The notes beneath the pieces are model-generated. The model saw only the letters and a program-made list of their open reading frames with translations. It was not told where the DNA came from and did not search any database. DNA of 39,913 nt. Origin: a virus (Duplodnaviria; Caudoviricetes). Position 1 is the stretch's first letter, and each line of letters begins with the position of its first letter. Position numbers and translations under genes: made by a program. Of the stretch, positions 16,324 through 25,255 are shown piece after piece. The stretch is from the IMG/VR virus record IMGVR_UViG_3300035102_000318, positions 1 through 39,913 of that record; one strand, 5' to 3'.

Positions 16324-17214
16324 CTAGACGAGCCAGGGCACCTTGACGACTTCGACTTCCTCGAAGTTGGTGTTGGAGGCCCCGTTCTCCAGGAACTGCG
16401 CCTTGATCACCTTCTTGGCGGCCGAGTACTTGCTCGGCGGCACGACGAGATGGGTGGGGGAGATGCCCAAGCCGACGCCCGCGTCGTTCTTGAGCTGGCC
16501 CATGGCGACCATGGCGGCCTCGAAGTTAGTTTCGTCCAAGGTGTCCTTGGAGCCGTATGCCAGCTGCCACAGACCGAAGCCCGCGTTTTTGCGGTCATCC
16601 ACGCCATAGCGGAATTGTTTCTTGGTGAAGGCGTTCTCGTCGGTGGGCGCGTCCATGGCCACAAACTCGGGCTTCTTGCGCACCTGCTTGATCATGGGCT
16701 TGAGCGGACGCGACAGGTCCATGAGGAACCAGGCGTCGCCCGCGCCGCCGCCGAAGTTGGATACAGAGGTCACGTTATCCCCGTCGCCGACCGGGTGGTC
16801 AGAGTCGAAGAAGTATTGGCCATCGTAGCACTTCTGGGTGAAACCCTGCTTGAGCAGCCCGTAGATGAGCTGAGAGGGATGGATGGCCGCCATGTAGGCC
16901 ATATTCTGGAACATGGGAGTGTAGACGCCCAACTGGTCGTCCATGATGTCGTTGCGGTCGACACCGACGGTCAGTTCGAAATCCTTGTTTGCGATGGTGA
17001 AGTCGTGGGCGGACAAGTTCTGGATCACGCGGTCGCCGATCCATTCGCGCATGCCGGGCAAGCTGCCCAGCCATTTGTAGTTGATCTGGGCCGAGGTGCT
17101 CGGCACCGTCATGGCCACCAGATCGGACATATCCTCAACACCGGCAAAGGCCTCGTTGAAGACGGTCGAGAATGCCTGGTAGCATCCCGCCAGTGCAGCC
17201 TGATTGACAATCAT
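16324..17214 (-). CDS. Major capsid protein, Mu gpT family
   Basis: 'VPST....Y.WLG..P.MREWIGDR', 'FE.TV.V.R.DI.DD..G.Y.P', 'CYDGQ.FFD.DHPV' and 'G.W..AYGS' motifs. Confidence 0.95.
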   Translation of the reverse strand: MIVNQAALAGCYQAFSTVFNEAFAGVEDMSDLVAMTVPSTSAQINYKWLGSLPGMREWIGDRVIQNLSAHDFTIANKDFELTVGVDRNDIMDDQLGVYTPMFQNMAYMAAIHPSQLIYGLLKQGFTQKCYDGQYFFDSDHPVGDGDNVTSVSNFGGGAGDAWFLMDLSRPLKPMIKQVRKKPEFVAMDAPTDENAFTKKQFRYGVDDRKNAGFGLWQLAYGSKDTLDETNFEAAMVAMGQLKNDAGVGLGISPTHLVVPPSKYSAAKKVIKAQFLENGASNTNFEEVEVVKVPWLV

Positions 17215-17266
17215 TGCTTCATCCTCCTGATGATTGAATTCGATTCAGCGTGTCCTTCCCGACCCG

Positions 17267-17659
17267 CTAGGCAATCTCCACCCAGACGCTGGAGCCCTCC
17301 AGGCCCAAGCACTTGCCCGCCGGGATGTCGTTGACAGTGTCGGCGCTGACGGTCTCGTCGTCCTCGACGTAGACGGTCTTGCCGATCTTGGCGGCGGTTA
17401 CCGGGTTGGTTGCCGAGTTCTTGAACAGAAACGCTTTCTTGCGTTCCACGAGCACATCCACGTCGCCGTTGCTACCGGCGCTGTTGTCCATGCGCTGGTC
17501 GGCCTTGCCGAGGACGGTGATCCCGGCGGTATCGGATGCCTCCACGGCGTGTCCGTCTGCGTTTGCGGCCGCCATCTTGCCCGCCTCGATGACGGTGGAC
17601 GCGGCCACGGGCACGGCGATCAGTTCGCCGTCTTTCTTGAGCGTGTTGCGGTCGGCCAT
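17267..17659 (-). CDS. Head decoration/cement protein
   Basis: 130-aa Gly/Ala-rich ORF between protease and capsid; 'IG..VY..DD.TV' motif. Confidence 0.7.
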   Translation of the reverse strand: MADRNTLKKDGELIAVPVAASTVIEAGKMAAANADGHAVEASDTAGITVLGKADQRMDNSAGSNGDVDVLVERKKAFLFKNSATNPVTAAKIGKTVYVEDDETVSADTVNDIPAGKCLGLEGSSVWVEIA

Positions 17660-17662
17660 GGC

Positions 17663-18787
17663 CTAACCCTCCTTGGCCTTGGGGCCGTACTTCTTGAACG
17701 TTTCATCGGAGATGCCCAGCTGCTTGTTCACGGACATCTGGACGTCGTCGGGGATGGTCGAGCCGGTGGCCTTGGGGTCGGCCTTCAGAGACAGCTCCTC
17801 GAGCGGGACCGCGCTGCCGGGCTGGCGCGACAGGACGATCGCCTCGAACTGCTTGGGGTTGGCCTCGGCCAGTTCGGAGCCCCAGGCGTCGCGCTCCTGG
17901 GGAGAGAGACGGCCGTCCTTGAGGGCCAGGGACACCAGGTCGTCGGCCTTCATCTTGGCCAGCTCAGCCTTGAGCGCGGCCACGCTCTCGCCCAGGGAAC
18001 CGGCGGCCTTGTCGGACGCCTGCAGGGCCTTGATGGCCTTCTCTGCGTCCTCGTCGCTGGCGCCGTCCGCCAGGCCCAGGGCCTTGAGAACGATGGGACT
18101 CAGCCCCACGTCCTTGCCGGAATCCCCGACCTTGGCCTTCAGGGCCGTCAGTTCGGTGTCCTTTTCCTTGTGGGATGCGGCCAGGTCCTTCAGGGCCTTG
18201 AGCACATCCTCTTCCTTGGCCGTGGCGTCCAGTCCGAGCGCCTTGGCCGCTTCTTCGGAGAACTTCATGTCTTCCTCTCCTTGATTGAGGTGAATATGTT
18301 TGGCGGCCAGGGCGGCCACATCCATCTTTGCTGCCAGAGCTCTGACGTCCTTCATCTTGGGCTGGTTGGTCAGGGCCGCGTTGACCAGGTAGCGCACCAC
18401 CCGGTCGGTCTTGCCGTGCAGAAAGACCGGGGAATGGTAGCGATACTCCTTGGCCTCGATGCGGCGGGCGGCCCGTTCGGTCCAGTCGATTTTGGCCCAC
18501 AGTCCGCCCTCTTTGCCCGGGCCGCGCCACTCCAGGTCTTCGAACCATCCTGCCGCCGGAGCTTCAACATCCTTGAGCGTCTGGTGCTCGTAGTCGAAGA
18601 CGACCTTGTGCCCCAGGTCCTTCCAGGCCGCGATCAGGGTCGCCGCGCCTTCCTCGGTTATATAGAGGTCTTCCTCGTCCTCGAGCCTGACCGCTCCCTC
18701 CGGAGCGAGCTGAATCCACTCCGGGACTTCACCCTCGGCGGGCAACACGTGCCCGAGTATGGCAAGCTGCAAATCCTTCCAGTTCAC
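17663..18787 (-). CDS. Mu gpI-like prohead protease/scaffold
   Basis: 'DYEHQ', 'APAAGW', 'WT..A...I...EYRY.SPVF' and 'ALTN.P' motifs; helical scaffold C-terminus with possible internal start MKFSE after GGAGAGG. Confidence 0.93.
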   Translation of the reverse strand: MNWKDLQLAILGHVLPAEGEVPEWIQLAPEGAVRLEDEEDLYITEEGAATLIAAWKDLGHKVVFDYEHQTLKDVEAPAAGWFEDLEWRGPGKEGGLWAKIDWTERAARRIEAKEYRYHSPVFLHGKTDRVVRYLVNAALTNQPKMKDVRALAAKMDVAALAAKHIHLNQGEEDMKFSEEAAKALGLDATAKEEDVLKALKDLAASHKEKDTELTALKAKVGDSGKDVGLSPIVLKALGLADGASDEDAEKAIKALQASDKAAGSLGESVAALKAELAKMKADDLVSLALKDGRLSPQERDAWGSELAEANPKQFEAIVLSRQPGSAVPLEELSLKADPKATGSTIPDDVQMSVNKQLGISDETFKKYGPKAKEG

Positions 18788-18840
18788 GATTGCGCCTCTC
18801 TTTTCGCTCCCGCCCGGCTGCCCGCATGGCCGCCAGGCGC

Positions 18841-18867
18841 GTTTTGAACTAGTTTTGAACTAGTTTT
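18841..18867. repeat. 11-bp tandem repeat (GTTTTGAACTA x2.5) in the G-I intergenic gap
   Basis: GTTTTGAACTA GTTTTGAACTA GTTTT; an AT-rich island in GC-rich non-coding DNA. Confidence 0.85.
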
Positions 18868-18938
18868 CACACCCGTTCCGGTAGCTCCGGCCCGGTTCGA
18901 GGTCCGCGTCGGCCACACGCCGTTTTCACGCGAAGGCC

Positions 18939-19481
18939 TCACCGCCCCCTCCCGAGGAGGAAGTCCTGGGCGGTCCGCTGGATATTCACCCGGTCCTCGT
19001 CCTGAACGACCACAAAGTTCCGGGCCGGGATGTCGCCCCAGGGGATGGCCTGGTTCCGGGTGTGGGCCTTGACCGCGACCGTTCCGTATTTCTCGGTGAC
19101 CCGCGTATGGGCCGCCACCTTGACGGCCACGGTCCCAAAGGCTCCTTTCTTGGCGCCGAAATGGAGAGTGCCTCCCTGGACCTTGGGCGTGCCGACCTTC
19201 AACTTGTCGCCCTCGACCACGTAGTGGATCGAACCCATGAGCCCGCCGCCCATACCCTTGACCACCAGGGGCTTGTTCCCCTTGCGGCGCTTCAGCGTCA
19301 CTGGGGAGAGCGGCGCCCACTTGGTCGGCCTGCCTCCCACTTCGAAATTCCGCTGGATCGAGGTCACCAGAATCTGCCCCGCGATCTTGAGCAGCGCCGG
19401 GCGGTCCTCCATCCTGGCCCGCACGCCGAAGAGCATGCCCAGGACTTCCCGGGACCTGACCTTCATACTGACGCCGCTCAT
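18939..19481 (-). CDS. Virion morphogenesis protein (Mu gpG family)
   Basis: 'NF...GRP..W.PLS..T', 'L..SI', 'VGT......HFG' and 'IPAR.F' motifs. Confidence 0.9.
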   Translation of the reverse strand: MSGVSMKVRSREVLGMLFGVRARMEDRPALLKIAGQILVTSIQRNFEVGGRPTKWAPLSPVTLKRRKGNKPLVVKGMGGGLMGSIHYVVEGDKLKVGTPKVQGGTLHFGAKKGAFGTVAVKVAAHTRVTEKYGTVAVKAHTRNQAIPWGDIPARNFVVVQDEDRVNIQRTAQDFLLGRGR

Positions 19482-19510
19482 TTGACTTTTCCCTTCTCCG
19501 GGCTTATGTT
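19482..19510 (+). promoter_or_regulatory. Putative sigma70 promoter, antisense to the late operon
   Basis: TTGACT (19482-19487), 17 bp spacer, TATGTT (19505-19510). Confidence 0.65.
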
Positions 19511-19516
19511 TTTGTT

Positions 19517-19619
19517 GACGGTCGGGGGTGGCCGCAGCCAGATACCCCTTGACCCGGCACCCGCCTGCTGCGGCAGGAGCGAGGGTTCGTGAAAAGGTCG
19601 CCCCAGTGGCGGCCTTTTC
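19517..19619 (+). ncRNA. Candidate ~100-nt structured small RNA convergent with the MuF-nuclease gene
   Basis: Own promoter, two hairpins with complementary apices (GCCGCAGC 19531-19538 / GCTGCGGC 19567-19574), then an intrinsic terminator. Confidence 0.6.
19592..19618 (+). terminator. Intrinsic terminator (possibly bidirectional)
   Basis: AAAA-GGTCGCC-CCAGT-GGCGGCC-TTTT. The U-G pair favours the + strand. Confidence 0.7.
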
Positions 19620-20871
19620 AATTCTTGGAAAAGAGCAGGCGACCCTGGCGTTGGTTGTTCATGTAGCGGCGGTTGGGGCTGGTGATCATGGTCCAGGCCT
19701 CCATGATGCCGCCCTTGGCCTGGGTCACCAGCAACGCCGTCCGGTCCTTGTCCGTCCTGATCATCTTGAGGAACCGCTGCCGGAGCACCACCTTGCCTGT
19801 CCCCTTGTGCCGTTCGAAGCTGGCCCACACTTCATGCGGATCGGTGATGGCTTCGGGCACCCAGGGCAGATACGGAGTCCTGTCCGGCGCAAGGTGCCTG
19901 CTCATGGATTTAGCATTGACCAGCACCGGGTTCCGGAATCCGTGCATGTCCGCGAGGAAAATCTTCTCTTCTCCTCCGAGGATGTCCTTGAGGGCGGCCT
20001 CGGCCTCCTTGGCCGTGCCCATCACCCGGCCGACCGGCACGTCGGACGCGTCCGGAACGAGCTGTTCCGCCAGCCCCTCACTCTCCCAACCCCCGGGTGT
20101 CAGCCGCTCCCAGGCGTCCCCCTTCATGGCCCGCCATTGGTTCATGGCCTTCTCGGACAGCTTGCTTCCCCAAGCTGCCCGGCCGGGGTTATAGTCCCAG
20201 CCCGGGCCTATCCCGACCGGCAGCTGCTGGACCTCGCCGGTCTTGCGGTCGGTCCACTCGTATAATTGATCCTCCGGTGCCTCGGTGCGGATAGGGAAAG
20301 GGCCGTCCTTCTCGTCGTCGACGAGCTGCTCGAGAGCGTACTTGGACAGGGCCTGCGCCCCGCACTTGCAACCGTAGTCGTTGGGCGGATAGTGGGTCTC
20401 CCACCACGGGTCGTCAGCGGGAAGGACCACGTTGTACCAGCGCATGTGCTCGGGCCTGGGCTCGGCCGAACTGGACGGCATGTAGCGCCAGTACGGCATG
20501 GCCTCGAGCACGTCCGGGTCGGTCATTTGCTTGTACCGCCCGGCCGAGTAGGCCACGGACAGGTTGGTGTCGTAGATGATCGCTGTGCGCCAGCCCCGGC
20601 TGCCCTTGTACTTCCAGCCGTGCCGCTCCACGATCTTGTCGAAGTCCTGCCGGAACTCCTCGAGGGTGGTGCCGTCGGCGATGGCCTTGTCCACGGCGCC
20701 GCGCAGATCGGCGAGCAGATCGGACTCGGCGGCCCCGGCCACGACAAAGGCTCGGGAGTGCATGCCGCCCATGATGTCGTCCCACGCCTGGGTGGGCAGG
20801 CTGACTTTGTCCCGGAAGTATTCCAGGGCGTCGTCAAAGGGGAGGCTTACGCCCTCAACGCTCCGACGCAT
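19618..20871 (-). CDS. MuF (gp30) minor head protein with C-terminal putative PBECR-type nuclease domain
   Basis: MuF motifs (AF.VAG, I..TN...AY.AGR..Q, R.EH..W, PPN.YGC.C, GW.YNPG). An extra ~130-aa domain ends '..R..Y...I.DP.EVW...R.....Y....R.G.LLF'. Confidence 0.85.
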   Translation of the reverse strand: MRRSVEGVSLPFDDALEYFRDKVSLPTQAWDDIMGGMHSRAFVVAGAAESDLLADLRGAVDKAIADGTTLEEFRQDFDKIVERHGWKYKGSRGWRTAIIYDTNLSVAYSAGRYKQMTDPDVLEAMPYWRYMPSSSAEPRPEHMRWYNVVLPADDPWWETHYPPNDYGCKCGAQALSKYALEQLVDDEKDGPFPIRTEAPEDQLYEWTDRKTGEVQQLPVGIGPGWDYNPGRAAWGSKLSEKAMNQWRAMKGDAWERLTPGGWESEGLAEQLVPDASDVPVGRVMGTAKEAEAALKDILGGEEKIFLADMHGFRNPVLVNAKSMSRHLAPDRTPYLPWVPEAITDPHEVWASFERHKGTGKVVLRQRFLKMIRTDKDRTALLVTQAKGGIMEAWTMITSPNRRYMNNQRQGRLLFSKN

Positions 20872-22399
20872 CGAACCTCCCGGCCAGCTCGGCCAGGGCC
20901 ATGGCCTGCTTCAGGACGGTGACCATGGCCGTCTCGGGCATGGTCCCGTAGTAGTCGACGATCCGATCGCGGAATTCTTCCAGGGACGCGGCCTTGCTCA
21001 GTTCGGCCTTGACCAGATCGACCAGTTCCTCGGTGGAGGGCATGGTCATGGCCCTGGCCAAGAGCACGTCGCGCGGGTCCTGGGCTTCCTGGGCGGCCTT
21101 AAGGATGGCCGACTTGAGCTCGACCGGCTGCGCTTGGCCGGACCGGTTGAGCGGAGTCTCGCCCTTGGCCCGCATGGGCACCTTGAACCGCGCGGCCAGG
21201 TACTCCTGGCTGAAGTCGAGCCCGACCTCGGCCAGGACCTTGTGGGTCTCGGCGGCAGCTTTGGTGTCCTCGGGCGGTTCGAACAGGATGCGGAACCCGG
21301 GCAGGCTGGCCTTGACGGCGTCCCAGCCGAAGTTGAAGCCGACCAGGGGCCGGAGCACCTGGCCGCGCCAGGTCTTGGACAGGCTGGTGCAGTCCGCCTC
21401 TGTCAGGTCCTGACGGACGTCGTTGTGGACATTGCCCAGGGCCTGGGACCCGACGTCTCCGGTGGAGCTGGTCAGGGTCTGGCCGAGGATCGCCCGAGAC
21501 ATCTGCTCGTCGCACCACTTGGCCAGCTTCTCGTACAGGCTGACCGAGCCGTACTTCTGGCCCTCCACGAAGTCGATCTCCGTGGCCCGGGAGATGATCC
21601 CGGCCGCGTCCGCGCCGATGGACCGCAGGGCGTCGAGCAGCTTCTGCTTCTCCTCCTCGGTCGCGCCCGGGGCGTACTTGCCGATGCGGATGGGCTGGCC
21701 GTATACCTCGGCGAACTGAACCCAGTCCTTCACGTCGTAGTTCTTGAAGAGGTACATCCACGCGCAGACGCGCATGATACCGGCCCGCGTGTCGTAACCG
21801 GAGCGTGCCTTGTACCGGTGGTAGACCAACTTGAAGGGAGGGGCGTCCACACCCATGACGGGCTCTTCCTCGGTCAGAAGTCGCGGCGTCATGGAGTTCC
21901 AGAAGGTGATCTTGCGGGCGTGGATATGGGTCAGGTGGCTGATCATGGCCTGGCCCGAACTGACGTCCCAGTGCGGTTCCAGGGCCGAGTACCCCTTGCC
22001 CAGCGCATCCAGGAGGTCCAGGACGTTTTCGTCGAAGTCCTCGAGCCCCTCCATCCATTCCCGGCAGAACTCCGCGATCTTGACGTCGCGGGCGTCGTCC
22101 GATGCCGGTGTGATCTCCCAGGGCAAACCCTGGACAGCCAGCTTGCGGGTCTGGAATTGGCTGAACAGGTGGGCGTCTTTCTCCTCCATCTCTTCGAACA
22201 GCTCGGCCTGGCGGCCGACATCGCCCTGGTCGGCGGCTTTCAGGATGTTGGCCAGCTTCACCGGGGTCAGCCCATTGGACGGATAGTTGGACCAGCGGTC
22301 GCGGATGGAGGACACGATAATCCGGTCGGTATCGGGCTTGCGGACATCGCTCAACTTGATGGGCCGGTTCAAATGATCATAGAGAGTGACGCCCATCAC
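20855..22399 (-). CDS. Portal protein, Mu gp29/DUF935 family
   Basis: 'LFEEMEEKD.H', 'W..FAE.YG.P.R.GKY', 'S.AILGQTLT' and 'ALG.VH..VR.D' motifs. Confidence 0.95.
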   Translation of the reverse strand: MMGVTLYDHLNRPIKLSDVRKPDTDRIIVSSIRDRWSNYPSNGLTPVKLANILKAADQGDVGRQAELFEEMEEKDAHLFSQFQTRKLAVQGLPWEITPASDDARDVKIAEFCREWMEGLEDFDENVLDLLDALGKGYSALEPHWDVSSGQAMISHLTHIHARKITFWNSMTPRLLTEEEPVMGVDAPPFKLVYHRYKARSGYDTRAGIMRVCAWMYLFKNYDVKDWVQFAEVYGQPIRIGKYAPGATEEEKQKLLDALRSIGADAAGIISRATEIDFVEGQKYGSVSLYEKLAKWCDEQMSRAILGQTLTSSTGDVGSQALGNVHNDVRQDLTEADCTSLSKTWRGQVLRPLVGFNFGWDAVKASLPGFRILFEPPEDTKAAAETHKVLAEVGLDFSQEYLAARFKVPMRAKGETPLNRSGQAQPVELKSAILKAAQEAQDPRDVLLARAMTMPSTEELVDLVKAELSKAASLEEFRDRIVDYYGTMPETAMVTVLKQAMALAELAGRFDASER

Positions 22400-23940
22400 C
22401 AGGCTCCTTCGTTAAATCGGTAGTGGGAGGTGCGGGCCGGGGTGTATTCCACCTCGCCGCCTGCCTCGAATCGTTGGGTGGCCCAGACGGCCAGGGCCAT
22501 GGCCACGGCCGCGTCGCCGTGCCGTTTGCCGCCTTTCTTGTCCTTGGTCCGGTCGTCGCGCGGGACCCGGGGCACACCCCGCAGGGTCTTGACCGCGCGG
22601 AGGTCGTCCAGGACCAAGTCGTCCTTGGGGAAGGACAGGCCCTTGTCCTCAAGGAGCGACTTGAGCCGGGGATACGCCTCCAGACAGAAGGCGTCGGCCA
22701 GGGTCAGCTGCTCGATGATGTCCGGGGTCCAGTGTTGCCTGGCCCGTTCGGCCAGAAAGGAGCCGTTGCCGCCCGCGTCCAGGGCGCCGCCGGAGAAGCG
22801 CGGCAGCCGGTCGCCCAAGAAGAACAGGGCTTGCTCCTGCTGGGTGAATGGGCAGTCCCGCAGCTCGAGCAGGAACGGCGTGACATAGGTCAGGTTGAAC
22901 GCCTCCTGGATCGGGGCGACCACGGTCAGGTCCACGAACCGCCCGAAGTCCTCGCCGAACCAGCTGGGCTTGACGAGCAGGCCGTTCATGACGGGCAGCA
23001 ACTCGCCGGTCAGCCATTCGCGCATGTCCCGGAATCGGGATTCGTCGGGCCAGTCCACGAAGTCCTTTGCGGGCGGAGCCCAGCGCAGCACCGGAAGGAC
23101 CGGGTCCATGCAGGCCTCGATGACCGTCCGGATCAGATAGGCACCGCCGGATTTTGAGGGGATGCAGTCCAGTTCCTCGTCGGCCTTATCCCCATACAGA
23201 CCATAGGTCTCGGCAATGAATTGCTCCTCCGCTTCCGGCGACCACTCATTACCGAGCTTCCGACAGATTCGCTTGAACAGGCCTTGGCTAACGGCCTCTC
23301 TGAAGGGGACCTTATGAACGACGGCACCGGGATACTTCCCGGCCCGGATATCCTGAATCAGTTGGTTGAACTCGTTGTCCTCGCCGTTGTGCGTGGAGAT
23401 GACCCGAACCACGGCACCCCATATGACCAGGGCCAAAGCCGCCTTCAGGAGCTCGTCAAGATTGTCCACGAAGGCCGCCTCGTCGAGGATGACCTTGCCC
23501 TGCTTGGAGCGGAGCACACGAGGGTGGGAGACCAGGCCGGTGACCTTGAAGCCGGAGGCAAAACGAATCCGGTAGACGGTGATGGCCTTTTTCTCGTCGC
23601 CGTCCATGAAGATTTCCTCGGCCTCCTCCATCTCACTGGCGACCAGGTTGTAAAATTTGGCAAACGACGCAGCATCCTTGACATACTGCTCGGTCATCTC
23701 TTTGTTGTAGGAGACGTACCAGGCGTCCATGCCGCCTTCTTCGGGCAATCTGGACGCAAGCAGAGCGTCCTCGGCGGCCTCTCCCCAGGAGATACCCGTG
23801 CGGCGGCCCTTCTCCATCACGGCCAGCTTGGCCGTTTCCTGGTTCCACGCCACCTGGTAAGGGAGGAGAATCGGCTCAGAGTCTGGAGTGTTGCCGGTCC
23901 TTATCTCATTGATTGCGTCTTGGACGATTCCGGAGGTCAT
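22396..23940 (-). CDS. Terminase large subunit, Mu gp28 family
   Basis: 'LLPYQ..W', 'EK.RRTG.SW', Walker B 'VILDEAAF', 'ISTHNG..N.F', 'G.DFGR..D' and 'RHGD.A.A' motifs. Confidence 0.95.
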   Translation of the reverse strand: MTSGIVQDAINEIRTGNTPDSEPILLPYQVAWNQETAKLAVMEKGRRTGISWGEAAEDALLASRLPEEGGMDAWYVSYNKEMTEQYVKDAASFAKFYNLVASEMEEAEEIFMDGDEKKAITVYRIRFASGFKVTGLVSHPRVLRSKQGKVILDEAAFVDNLDELLKAALALVIWGAVVRVISTHNGEDNEFNQLIQDIRAGKYPGAVVHKVPFREAVSQGLFKRICRKLGNEWSPEAEEQFIAETYGLYGDKADEELDCIPSKSGGAYLIRTVIEACMDPVLPVLRWAPPAKDFVDWPDESRFRDMREWLTGELLPVMNGLLVKPSWFGEDFGRFVDLTVVAPIQEAFNLTYVTPFLLELRDCPFTQQEQALFFLGDRLPRFSGGALDAGGNGSFLAERARQHWTPDIIEQLTLADAFCLEAYPRLKSLLEDKGLSFPKDDLVLDDLRAVKTLRGVPRVPRDDRTKDKKGGKRHGDAAVAMALAVWATQRFEAGGEVEYTPARTSHYRFNEGAW

Positions 23941-24536
23941 ATCTTGTACCCCAGCAGCTTGCGTATTTGCCGGTCCACCTCGGCGGTGGTATCGCCATTG
24001 GGCTTGACGCTTTCCCTAGGCTCAAGGGTGTCCGCGTAGTCCAGGGCCTTCTTCACATCCTGGACCGCCTTGAAGTCCAGCTCCGCAGGGTTGGCCAGCA
24101 TGCGGTTAAGCTTGAGCTCCGCCGCCTCGCGCATGGCCTTGACCGCGTCCTCGGTGGTGCGGATCTCGCGTAGCTCGAACCGGGCGGCGGCCTGGGCCAC
24201 ACGACCGGCTCGGGCGGCCTCGGCCTGTTTCAGGGCCAGGGTCTCCAGGGAGGACACGGCAAAGCCCATCTGCGGGTCCGGATTCTGTACCAGGCTCTTG
24301 AGCAGCTTGGCCCGGGCCAGGATGGTGTCGGCGGAGATGTCGGCAAGGGCCTGGGCAAGCTCCTCGCGCTTGGCCTTCCAGCTGTAGGTCTGTGCCCAGC
24401 GCTTCAGGGTGGACTCGGCCACGGGCTCGCCTTCCTCGGCCAGCCGCGCGGCCACCTGTTCGTAGGTCAGCCGGTCCACACAATAGAGCTCCTGAGCGCG
24501 GAAGACCGTTTCCGGGGCGTGTTCCCGTCCTTCCAT
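23937..24536 (-). CDS. Putative terminase small subunit (HTH)
   Basis: N-terminal HTH (A.ELY...LT..QVA......STL.RW....W), immediately upstream of TerL. Confidence 0.7.
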   Translation of the reverse strand: MEGREHAPETVFRAQELYCVDRLTYEQVAARLAEEGEPVAESTLKRWAQTYSWKAKREELAQALADISADTILARAKLLKSLVQNPDPQMGFAVSSLETLALKQAEAARAGRVAQAAARFELREIRTTEDAVKAMREAAELKLNRMLANPAELDFKAVQDVKKALDYADTLEPRESVKPNGDTTAEVDRQIRKLLGYKI

Positions 24537-24539
24537 GGC

Positions 24540-24785
24540 CTACTCCATGCCGAGGTATTGCCGGATGGCGGTGATCTTCTTTCGGGCTTCGAGCAGCTCC
24601 TGCTGCACGGACGCGAACTCGATGCCCTGGGAGGCGATGATCTCGCCCTTCAGGGTGCCAGGCTCCACGAACGGGGACAGCTGGTCCCGCAGGGACTCGA
24701 CCAGCCCCTCGAGGCGTATCTTCAGCCGGGCCTCCAGTTCCTCTTCTTCGGCCAGCTGGCCGCGATATTTTGCGCGCTCACTCAT
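24540..24785 (-). CDS. Hypothetical coiled-coil protein
   Basis: 81-aa ORF; ATG overlaps the upstream stop. Confidence 0.65.
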   Translation of the reverse strand: MSERAKYRGQLAEEEELEARLKIRLEGLVESLRDQLSPFVEPGTLKGEIIASQGIEFASVQQELLEARKKITAIRQYLGME

Positions 24786-25255
24786 CCGCCCATCTCCCTT
24801 TTGACCACGGGGCAAAACTGATTGGACTCAATCCGTCCGGCCAGTCGCTCCTGGGTGCGAGTATTCAAGGATATAATCTCTGCGAAGTCCTCGGCCATTC
24901 GCTCGTAACGGCGGACCAGTTCCACGTTGTCCTTGTAGAACTGGCGGGTCTCGGCCAAGGCCTCGCCGTACTTGTCCACGGTCTGGGTCATCCAGTTACG
25001 GAATTCGTCGAAGCGTTTGTCCGAGTCCACGCGGTAGCACTCGAACCTCTCGTCCGCGTCCTTGCGGTAGGCGTCCACGATGACGGTAAGCCGCCGGTTG
25101 TTCAGGTGACTGAGCAGGAGCACAGCCACGACCACCACCACCGGCCCGGCCAGGAAGAGCAGGATGATGCCGGTGGGACCGAGGGTCTCGAATATCTTGG
25201 CGATGATGGACAGCGCCGTGACGATCTGGGTGAGGGTTGTCGGGTCCATAATCAC
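24782..25255 (-). CDS. Membrane-anchored coiled-coil protein (lysis/packaging region)
   Basis: N-terminal hydrophobic segments, helical C-terminus ending 'N..CP'. Confidence 0.65.
   Translation of the reverse strand: MIMDPTTLTQIVTALSIIAKIFETLGPTGIILLFLAGPVVVVVAVLLLSHLNNRRLTVIVDAYRKDADERFECYRVDSDKRFDEFRNWMTQTVDKYGEALAETRQFYKDNVELVRRYERMAEDFAEIISLNTRTQERLAGRIESNQFCPVVKREMGG

Noticed and set aside
18841-18867. CRISPR-like repeat (starts GTTTT)
   Set aside because: Only 11-bp direct tandem units, with no spacers and no cas genes.
19478-19828. 116-aa minus-strand ORF as a MuF immunity protein
   Set aside because: It overlaps the MuF domain out of frame for ~210 bp, has low-complexity composition, and runs through the promoter and terminator structure.
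15700-22423. Long + strand ORFs (544, 537, 615 aa; also 7202-8599)
   Set aside because: They are antisense shadows of well-supported minus-strand structural genes in high-GC DNA, with no recognisable motifs.
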